From NCBI GenBank assembly GCA_047947105.1, contig CP170456.1:888530-952529 (forward strand): 64,000 nt of DNA. Direction: 5' to 3'. This document shows positions 1 to 6,704 of the stretch, piece after piece. The notes beneath the pieces were generated by a model that saw only the letters and a list, made by a program, of their open reading frames with translations, was not told the origin of the DNA and ran no database searches. This DNA is from Fluviicola sp. (GTDB lineage Bacteria > Bacteroidota > Bacteroidia > Flavobacteriales_D > Crocinitomicaceae). Numbering within the stretch: position 1 is the stretch's first letter; every line of letters starts with the position of its first letter. A program made the translations under genes and the position numbers.

Positions 1-695
1 TGCGTGTACGGGGTTCTTGAATAGGGTTGTGGCTCTTTCTTCATGGTTCGGCTAGCTTTTACTGGCTGGTACGAAAGTTTCCCGTTCTGTTGAGCGGCTT
101 GAGCTACTGTTTGAGTTGCTGTCAATCCTAACGTAATCGCTTCAACCGCTTCAAGCCCAGCAATACCGAAAAGTCCCGGATTCATCTGCTGGCTATAATC
201 TCCGAGCATTAAGCTTTGACCGCTAGAGGTATTTGCCCAAGAGCCATTCGCGAATTCCCAAAACCAAACAACTTTGTTATCGTAGAAATTATCTCCCATG
301 ACACCATTGTAAATCACGTCGATATGACCAAAGCCTCTATCACCTCCACGATTATCATGCGCAAAATAAATGATACCACTCTTCCCTGCGAAATCGGACA
401 GTTTCCAACGACCAGTTGGATGCGTCATCTTTTGTGGATATTTCAATTCTGTGAACAACCAATCAGCTAAGGCTGCCGCACTGGGCTGATACAATTTGCC
501 ACCCTTTTTTGCCGTTTTTCGGAATTTATCCGATTTTTTCAGTCGTGTCTCAGAAATACCTGATTTGATTAGCGCAAAGCTCAATCGCATTGCGCATTCG
601 TTATTCCCTTCTTTCTTCGGATAATTCGATTTGATTTTTTGAGGTGACGGAAAGGTATTTCCATGTGCTTCTGAGAAAGCTGATTTGTTTCTCAT
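1..695 (-). CDS. Tae4-family peptidoglycan amidase domain (gamma-D-glutamyl-mDAP endopeptidase type) at the N-terminus of a longer protein; the 3' end lies beyond the left window edge
   Basis: Absent from the ORF track because it runs off the window. Hand translation of the minus strand from ATG 695..693 stays open to nt 1 (checked codon by codon, no in-frame stop). Product: MRNKSAFSEAHGNTFPSPQKIKSNYPKKEGNNECAMRLSFALIKSGI...GIIYFAHDNRGGDRGFGHIDVIYNGVMGDNFYDNKVVWFWEF, followed by at least 80 more residues. Cys34 in 'NECAMRLSFAL' (nt 594-596), His124 in 'GHIDVIYNG' (nt 324-326) and Asp135 (nt 291-293, 11 residues after the His) reproduce the Cys-His-Asp core and spacing I recall for Tae4 ('NACPIRMSYVL' and 'GHVTLWNGSICSD'). 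Confidence 0.7.
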   Translation of the reverse strand, partial: MRNKSAFSEAHGNTFPSPQKIKSNYPKKEGNNECAMRLSFALIKSGISETRLKKSDKFRKTAKKGGKLYQPSAAALADWLFTELKYPQKMTHPTGRWKLSDFAGKSGIIYFAHDNRGGDRGFGHIDVIYNGVMGDNFYDNKVVWFWEFANGSWANTSSGQSLMLGDYSQQMNPGLFGIAGLEAVEAITLGLTATQTVAQAAQQNGKLSYQPVKASRTMKKEPQPYSRTPYT

Positions 696-744
696 GACCT
701 TTTGCTCTAAAACGAGAAGTCTGTTATTGTTCATAATGCTTGTA

Positions 745-1302
745 TTAGTGAATCGTAATTTTTGCTATCGCAATTTGCGTAAGTTGATTTTTGCTTGTTA
801 TTTGATATTCGTTTATTCCCAATCGGTGAAAGGCTCCTTTAAATTTTTCGGTTCCCAAAAGGTCCTGCATGGCTCGTTTACCTTCTTGATGATACATAGT
901 GATTGGAATTCTAAAAATTCGGCTTTGACCTCCTACAGAAAGTCGAATTTCACCTTGCTCAATACGCTTTTCATCTTTGGGCTCATAGCGGACGAGTAGC
1001 ATGAAGTGCCCCTTACCATCAGATCTTCGTTCAAAGATTCGTTCCTCTACCCGAATTCGATCTCCCATGTAGTAGGCACCTTCGAATTGAATAGGAATGA
1101 GAGGCAAAGCATTGTTCGTTCCGTCGCGGCAGACAACTCCAACAATGGGAAGGTAACGTACCTTTTCTGGAGGCCTGATGGAACTTCCTTTATTGTTTCT
1201 ACTTTGAAGAACTTCCATCTGATCCGGTGATAATTTAATGCTCGGCGGATCTTGCTGTTTCCGATTTTGTATGCGGCTTTCTATGTCGAGGAGCTTGCTC
1301 AT
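745..1302 (-). CDS. hypothetical protein, 185 aa, beta-rich, no signal peptide; operon member directly upstream of the Tae4-like gene
   Basis: Its ATG overlaps the stop of the upstream gene by 4 nt (1299..1302), indicating translational coupling. No motif recognised. The C-terminal two thirds alternate hydrophobic and polar residues ('GEIRLSVGGQSRIFRIPITMYH'). Confidence 0.6.
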   Translation of the reverse strand: MSKLLDIESRIQNRKQQDPPSIKLSPDQMEVLQSRNNKGSSIRPPEKVRYLPIVGVVCRDGTNNALPLIPIQFEGAYYMGDRIRVEERIFERRSDGKGHFMLLVRYEPKDEKRIEQGEIRLSVGGQSRIFRIPITMYHQEGKRAMQDLLGTEKFKGAFHRLGINEYQITSKNQLTQIAIAKITIH

Positions 1303-2291
1303 TCTTCAGTCGCTGTATTATCCTCTGATTTCACAATAATTTCTTCCTCGATTACTGCGTCTTTTATATCCGAATGGCTATCTGCTGTAGACGTAGTTTT
1401 CTTACTTTCTGCCAATTCATCTTCGGCAATGCTGTCCATTACCTCAAAATCCTCAGCATACTCCATTCCATCCATGGCAACCGATCGTTCATCAATAATA
1501 TCCTCTACTCGATCTTTTGCCAAGGCAACCGAACCTTTCGTTAAATCGCCATCAGCTTCATCAAAAATGGAATTCAATTCTACCTCACCTAGTTGGTAGG
1601 TTGTTAAGTTGTTCCGATCCGCTGCCAGTTGATCAAAAATGGCTTCATCTTTGGCCATTTTCTTTTCCAGCTCCTTTACACGCTCATCAGTATCGTCTGC
1701 TGGAGGATTGTTTTGCGCTGGAGCCACTTGTTGTCCCTCCGAATAATCTGCCAAATTGGCAAGACTTTTCTGCCCACTTAATACCGCCTGTAGATCTTTT
1801 GCGAACTGATCGTCTACCTCCACCTCATCTGCCATGGCGTCCACTTGAGGGGCATTGGATGAAGCGTTTTCTGACTCAGTAAAAATGGCATCATCTGAAG
1901 ACTCAAACACATCCGAGTATTGATTGTTTTCATCAAGTGGTTCCGAATCGTAAGCGTCGTTCATTGCCCTTGCATGCGAAGTAGAAGTATCGTGTAATTC
2001 ATCCGAATTTAAATCATCGGTATCATATGCTTTGGCCATTACGAAAGTTTCGCTAGACAGTCCCATGGTAAAGTCCTCTCCGTGGTCAAAAACTTCATCA
2101 TCAGTCATTTCAAAAGCATCTGTATATTCCAGGTCGGCCTCCATACCGATGCTCATATCATCATTATATGCTTTACCCATACTCATGGCCTCAGACCCCA
2201 CTTGTGTTTCATGTGGGATTTCTAGAGCTATGGCTCCTTTGGAATCGTAATGTGTTTTTCGAACGCCTGAATTTCTGTAATTACTGTTCAT
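1299..2291 (-). CDS. hyper-acidic, probably disordered protein, 330 aa
   Basis: Long ORF in the operon. My hand count gives about 85 D/E against about 23 K/R. There are no hydrophobic stretches. A K/D-A-Y-acidic motif recurs ('GKAYNDD', 'AKAYDTDD', 'NDAYDSE'). A central helical segment reads 'ERVKELEKKMAKDEAIFDQLAADRN'. Confidence 0.6.
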   Translation of the reverse strand: MNSNYRNSGVRKTHYDSKGAIALEIPHETQVGSEAMSMGKAYNDDMSIGMEADLEYTDAFEMTDDEVFDHGEDFTMGLSSETFVMAKAYDTDDLNSDELHDTSTSHARAMNDAYDSEPLDENNQYSDVFESSDDAIFTESENASSNAPQVDAMADEVEVDDQFAKDLQAVLSGQKSLANLADYSEGQQVAPAQNNPPADDTDERVKELEKKMAKDEAIFDQLAADRNNLTTYQLGEVELNSIFDEADGDLTKGSVALAKDRVEDIIDERSVAMDGMEYAEDFEVMDSIAEDELAESKKTTSTADSHSDIKDAVIEEEIIVKSEDNTATEE

Positions 2292-2306
2292 TCTATTCTC
2301 TTTTTC

Positions 2307-3080
2307 CTATTTAAGATTCGATCTTACTTTTATATTGAAGGCAGTATGTTCATCCAATTGTACTGTCAAATCATTCACTTCTTTAATCCTCGCGTTGGAT
2401 AATTCTATGACTAAAAAATCCTTTGAGGCTTCGATGACTTTCATTTCATCGTTATTCAATTTTGCCCGCAAGGCTTGAGATCCATCTATGGCGAGATTCT
2501 CCCCTTGAACGGCTAAAATATTTCGTCCTCGAATGGAACCTAATTGAGCTGCTTTCACGCGCGGTGGATGTTGTCCTCTCTGTGCTTTGTTGATGAGTCC
2601 AGCTAACTTTTTGAAGTCGATTTGTGAACTTCCTTTTTTCCCTTCTTCAGAGGAAGCAACGGGTTTGTTCACTTTCACATTCTTTTCTTTCAACTTCTTG
2701 ATGTCTTCGGCAGAACGAACTCCCATTCGATTCAATTGAATCTTGGTAGATTCATCAATCTCATCAATTTCATCAATGGTAATGTCGTCACCAGAGATGG
2801 GTTTCTTTGTGGTTTCGCGAATCTGCCGATCGGTAATGGACCCTAATGACAAGCTTATTTTAGAAGAACCAGAATCTCCGGTAGCAGCTGTTGTGAACCG
2901 AACGCCTCTTCCGTCATATTCAGGGAAAACGTTCAAGTCTAGGGAAACGTCTTTGACCGCATAAGACAACGGACTGTTTAGCCCTTTCACTGAGAGCGTT
3001 TCGCGAGCTTTATCCAACTCGAATACCAGCGAGTCGATAAAATCCTCCAATTGCCATGACTTGTTATTCTTTTTCGCCAT
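2307..3080 (-). CDS. hypothetical protein, 257 aa, three-part: N-terminal small beta module, acidic/basic linker with an HhH-like segment, C-terminal IPT/TIG-like beta-sandwich pattern
   Basis: The start overlaps the upstream gene by 17 nt. The N-terminus 'WQLEDFIDSLVFELDKARETL...YAVKDVSLDLNVFPEYDGRGVRFTTAATGDSGSSKISLSLGSI' resembles by eye the small trypsin-co-occurring (Trypco2-like) domains of conflict systems. The C-terminus 'PPRVKAAQLGSIRGRNILAVQGENLAIDGSQ...VIEASKDFLVIELSN' has an IPT-like pattern. Both assignments are weak. Confidence 0.55.
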   Translation of the reverse strand: MAKKNNKSWQLEDFIDSLVFELDKARETLSVKGLNSPLSYAVKDVSLDLNVFPEYDGRGVRFTTAATGDSGSSKISLSLGSITDRQIRETTKKPISGDDITIDEIDEIDESTKIQLNRMGVRSAEDIKKLKEKNVKVNKPVASSEEGKKGSSQIDFKKLAGLINKAQRGQHPPRVKAAQLGSIRGRNILAVQGENLAIDGSQALRAKLNNDEMKVIEASKDFLVIELSNARIKEVNDLTVQLDEHTAFNIKVRSNLK

Positions 3081-3369
3081 ACAGTTTGTAGAGCGGAGCT
3101 ACGGTCATTTTTAAGTTTTGTATAACCGGCATAAAGCTGGTTTCTATCTTCTGGGTGGGTGGCGCAGATCCAATGGTTACGCTACCATCGTCTTCGACTA
3201 AAACATCAAGTTCACAGGGAAAATCAAGGCGTAGTTCTTCTACTTTCATCGCTTCCCACAATTCAGAATCATTGGATTCGTTTGTGATCCCAGCGAGCAG
3301 CTCCACCATGAAGGAGAAAGGCGTTAAGGCCTCGTCAATTTCTTGATATTTCTCGTTATTTTCTTCCAA
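3064..3369 (-). CDS. hypothetical small acidic protein, 101 aa
   Basis: The start overlaps the upstream 61-aa gene by 14 nt and the stop overlaps the next gene. 'VEELRLDFPCELDVLVEDDGSVTIGSAPPTQKIETSFMPVIQNLKMTVAP' has the same strand, G/S loop, strand look as the N-terminus of the 257-aa protein. Confidence 0.5.
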   Translation of the reverse strand: MEENNEKYQEIDEALTPFSFMVELLAGITNESNDSELWEAMKVEELRLDFPCELDVLVEDDGSVTIGSAPPTQKIETSFMPVIQNLKMTVAPLYKLYGEKE

Positions 3370-3541
3370 CGACTTTTCGTTTTTTCTTGTAGTCCAAATC
3401 GACAGGGGTAGCGCGGACCTTTTTGTCCATCATCACTTCCATTCCATCGATAATAACACCTGTTTTGATGCCTTCTCCATCACTTGACATTGCTCCTGCA
3501 AGTCGATCTGATAAATCCGGAAATTTCGTTCTGTAACTCAT
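3356..3541 (-). CDS. hypothetical small protein, 61 aa, with a basic C-terminal tail (KKKRKVVGRK)
   Basis: ATGA start/stop overlap with the 692-aa gene (3538..3541). It sits in an otherwise gap-free operon. No homology recognised. Confidence 0.45.
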   Translation of the reverse strand: MSYRTKFPDLSDRLAGAMSSDGEGIKTGVIIDGMEVMMDKKVRATPVDLDYKKKRKVVGRK

Positions 3542-5616
3542 ATCTCATTGTTTGATTGAACTCCCACAAAGTGCGCTAGTTCTGGAATTGGAAACACCAC
3601 TTTTTCTTCTTCAAATCCTGCAATTGTTCCGTAAGGAGTAATGTTTGCAGTTTTTTTCAAAATGATTTCTCGAAGAACCATTTCTGGGTATACCCACAAA
3701 GCAGCTGCTTCTCCATCACGCCCTTTGTACTTTAAACCACTTCGGGCAGCTCGGTGTTGTTGCTTGATGAAGGCATCTGTTTTCAATGCTTCCAACTGAT
3801 CAATACTGAGTGATTCGCCTCCGATTGTCGGGAGCAAATCATTTAACACTTCAGGGCTTAGAATCAAGCCTGATTTCATCTTGCCCTCCATCTTCCTCGG
3901 TCTGGCTGGCTCCAAAAACTCTACCGTTTCCATTTGAGCATTGGCTCTTCGATCTGCTTCAATGGCATAGTAATACTTGCACTCAAATTCATAGCGTACC
4001 GTATCATTTGTGAAATCTGCTTGCCACACTTTGTGCCAGAAGGGACGGTGCAGTTCAATGTCATTTAGCGCCACAACGTGCTTTGATTCACCGATTCGGT
4101 CAAATGCGTATTCTGTAGCAACAGCAATAGGAATATCAATACAACTTCCGAACTTCTTATTGCGCTTTCCTTTCCAAAGCACCGCCAGATATAAATCATA
4201 AGATTCACCCGACACGAGGTCGTCTGCCAAATGCGCTGGAATTGTAGGGTGCATTTCAAAGATTCCTCCTCTTGAGCCTTGATGTCTTTGTCTGTGTCGA
4301 ATCACGACTTCACTCGAATCCTTGCGGCGCACAATAATTTCAAAAATCCCTCTGGGAATGTCTCGCGGTGTGTGGAGTTTTACAGGAATCTTCATCTCAA
4401 TTCCATAGCCATACACATAGTGTGTATCTCCATTCAGGATTGATTTCTCAATTTCTGCAACTTCGATACGAACAAGATTACTCTTCTGAAACTTTATTCG
4501 TTGGAAGTAAGAAGATTCAACCCCCATTTGATTTAGTAATCCCTGTACGTCCTTATCATCAACTCCTGGGTTCAACTTTTGGAGGGCATCTAGCTCATCT
4601 TTGTTGATCTGTGCTCCTATTTTTCCAAGTTTTGCCAAACCATCGGTTACAACACCTACCAATTTCATGATGGCTGTTGGGTCCATCATAGCTCCACTGT
4701 ATTGGAGGACACTCATTTGATTCAGCAGTCCTTGCACATCCTTATCATCAACTCCGGGATTGAGTTTTTGAAGTGCGTCAAGTTCGTCCTTATTGATCTG
4801 AGCCCCTATTTTGCCAAGTTTTGCCAAACCATCAGTAACTGCCCCCACGAGCGCCATTATGGTCATTGGATCCATCATTGCGCCGCTGTAGTTGCCAGAA
4901 CTTAATTGTTGTGCAGAAGCTTGTGTGGGTGTTTCTCCTCCTGAGACTCCCTTTAAAAGATCGATAACTTGCTGAAGTTTCTCTGGATCTGAAATCAAAT
5001 TGAGAATTTGTTGACCCAAACCGCCGCCAGTACCGCCAGAAGTTCCGCTATTAGAACCCGTACCACCGTCCGTTGAAGTTTCGGTTGTTCCACCAGAGCT
5101 CCCACCATTGCCTCCACCGGAAATCAATTGTCCCACGGCAGGCAACACTTTAGGGAGAAATTTCATCACCTTGTCTAGGAACATTGCTTCTGACATTCCT
5201 GACTCCTTGTATTGAAAGGGAACGCTATGTATTTCTTTATTTAACGAATTTGTTTCCATTGCGAATTGAATTGAAGGAAGTGGTTGTGAGGAGACTCCAG
5301 GCATTGTCCTCACTATTGAGGATATTGCAGGCCCGGTTCCGTCTGCCTCACGGTAACTTACAATTTGTACGTATGCGTTTTCAAGAGAGAAGACTTCTTG
5401 CGGAACTCTGAATCGAATGCGTCCCAATTTCGGGGCTGGAATGGGTCCGTACATTTTACTTACGAACGACTTCCGTTCCAGTACGGGAACACCATAACTT
5501 CGATAGGTTCTTCGGTCACCAATCATTATACGGAAGTAAGAGTTGCCCCCTAGATCAGCCTGAAACTCTTGATGACCGTTCGCCGCTCCTTGATATTTCA
5601 AAAACGCTAACGCCAT
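3538..5616 (-). CDS. hypothetical multidomain protein, 692 aa: N-terminal about 160-aa domain, Gly/Ser/Thr linker, two tandem 59-aa helical repeats, about 330-aa C-terminal domain
   Basis: Uninterrupted 2.1 kb ORF whose start lies 6 nt after the upstream stop. The linker 'SGGGNGGSSGGTTETSTDGGTGSNSGTSGGTGGG' maps to about nt 5017-5124. Repeats are described under the repeat feature. No P-loop, signal peptide or known catalytic motif seen. Confidence 0.7.
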   Translation of the reverse strand: MALAFLKYQGAANGHQEFQADLGGNSYFRIMIGDRRTYRSYGVPVLERKSFVSKMYGPIPAPKLGRIRFRVPQEVFSLENAYVQIVSYREADGTGPAISSIVRTMPGVSSQPLPSIQFAMETNSLNKEIHSVPFQYKESGMSEAMFLDKVMKFLPKVLPAVGQLISGGGNGGSSGGTTETSTDGGTGSNSGTSGGTGGGLGQQILNLISDPEKLQQVIDLLKGVSGGETPTQASAQQLSSGNYSGAMMDPMTIMALVGAVTDGLAKLGKIGAQINKDELDALQKLNPGVDDKDVQGLLNQMSVLQYSGAMMDPTAIMKLVGVVTDGLAKLGKIGAQINKDELDALQKLNPGVDDKDVQGLLNQMGVESSYFQRIKFQKSNLVRIEVAEIEKSILNGDTHYVYGYGIEMKIPVKLHTPRDIPRGIFEIIVRRKDSSEVVIRHRQRHQGSRGGIFEMHPTIPAHLADDLVSGESYDLYLAVLWKGKRNKKFGSCIDIPIAVATEYAFDRIGESKHVVALNDIELHRPFWHKVWQADFTNDTVRYEFECKYYYAIEADRRANAQMETVEFLEPARPRKMEGKMKSGLILSPEVLNDLLPTIGGESLSIDQLEALKTDAFIKQQHRAARSGLKYKGRDGEAAALWVYPEMVLREIILKKTANITPYGTIAGFEEEKVVFPIPELAHFVGVQSNNEI
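4525..4890 (-). repeat. in-frame tandem duplication (2 x 59 aa, period 63 aa / 189 nt) inside the 692-aa gene
   Basis: Copy 1 (nt 4714-4890): YSGAMMDPMTIMALVGAVTDGLAKLGKIGAQINKDELDALQKLNPGVDDKDVQGLLNQM. Copy 2 (nt 4525-4701): YSGAMMDPTAIMKLVGVVTDGLAKLGKIGAQINKDELDALQKLNPGVDDKDVQGLLNQM. The copies differ at 4 of 59 residues. The DNA copies differ at many synonymous sites, e.g. attcagcagtccttgcac versus atttagtaatccctgtac. Confidence 0.9.
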
Positions 5617-5622
5617 TCAGAT

Positions 5623-6648
5623 TTACGTTTTTGGTTTTGAACCAGCTGGATTAGACGCATTCGTATGCGTCGCAATTTCCGTTTCGCTTTCGATCTTATA
5701 GATGTCTACGAATTTGTCCAATTCGAAATAATCTGTGGAGAAAATCAACTCGACATTACCCGTAAGTTTTGCTGCGAGTTCATCTTTTGTATTACTCTTC
5801 GCTGAGGATACGCTCACCGAAGTGGACCGTTTAGAACTACTGCGTCCTACCGATGGCCCGCCAAAGATAGAACCAATCAATCCTCCGCTTGCTTTTGCAT
5901 AACCTCCGGATGAACTACTGTTTTTGTTCATTGCCTTGTCCTGGAAGTTCGCATTCGTCTCCGATTTAAAGTCAAACTGAACTCCTGCTTTGATTGTACC
6001 TTTGTCAACCACCATTCGGGTAACTCCCATGAGGATAATGTTCTGCAATGCTTTACGGTGTTCTTTGGCCAATTTCAGTTTCGCATCCATAATTGCGGCT
6101 TTCACTTCGTTGTCCTCCATGTCCACCGGTTCCCCCGTCTTGTTGGTTAATTTTGCACCGTCATCATCGAATGACATATTGAAGTCGTCATTGGAATCTG
6201 CTAGTTCGCCAAAAGCATCTTCGTCCGATACTTGTTTCACAAATTGCGCTACAGATTTCGAAGCTTCCTTCATCAACTTGATATAGTTGTCGGTTTGCTC
6301 CTTCATTACGGCCATATTTGCATCGAAAACGCCACTTACCAAGTCCTTTACAAACTGTGGGAAATTGACCGTATCTGTAAGTTCATCGAAAGCTTCTACT
6401 CCACGACCGATATCGTGTTGGTGTCTTCTTTGATCTATGAGGTCACTCGCTCTGTCTGCAGTCTGAGATCCTCTCTTTTTTCGCTGCTGCTCTGAAAGTC
6501 GCTTGGCGTTGGCAAGTACCATGTCCTTATACGTTGACATTTGATCTGCCTTCGACATTGCCTGGAACGAGCTACTTCTCGCTAAAACCTCTCGAGCTTC
6601 CTCTCGCGCCAGTTGCTTGATTTGCTCGTTTGATAATTCTTCTGCCAT
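5623..6648 (-). CDS. hypothetical protein, 341 aa: N-terminal charged helical region, central helical domain, Ser/Gly-rich segment, short C-terminal beta module
   Basis: Long ORF in the operon. Segments: 'EELSNEQIKQLAREEAREVLA', 'NFPQFVKDLVSGVFDANMAVMKEQTDNYIKLMKEASKSVAQFVKQV', 'SSSSGGYAKASGGLIGSIFGGPSVGRSSSKRSTSVSVSS', 'LTGNVELIFSTDYFELDKF'. No family recognised. Confidence 0.65.
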   Translation of the reverse strand: MAEELSNEQIKQLAREEAREVLARSSSFQAMSKADQMSTYKDMVLANAKRLSEQQRKKRGSQTADRASDLIDQRRHQHDIGRGVEAFDELTDTVNFPQFVKDLVSGVFDANMAVMKEQTDNYIKLMKEASKSVAQFVKQVSDEDAFGELADSNDDFNMSFDDDGAKLTNKTGEPVDMEDNEVKAAIMDAKLKLAKEHRKALQNIILMGVTRMVVDKGTIKAGVQFDFKSETNANFQDKAMNKNSSSSGGYAKASGGLIGSIFGGPSVGRSSSKRSTSVSVSSAKSNTKDELAAKLTGNVELIFSTDYFELDKFVDIYKIESETEIATHTNASNPAGSKPKT

Positions 6649-6704
6649 GTTTCTTAGTTTTTTGTTAGAAATTGAATTTGATTACGTGCCTTTCGGCAGT
6701 GGAA

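Noticed and set aside
216-999. Plus-strand ORFs 216..470 and 685..999 at the left edge
   Set aside because: They lie antisense to, or overlap, the much better supported minus-strand Tae4-like and 185-aa genes. Their products are low-complexity with odd composition, so they are shadow ORFs.
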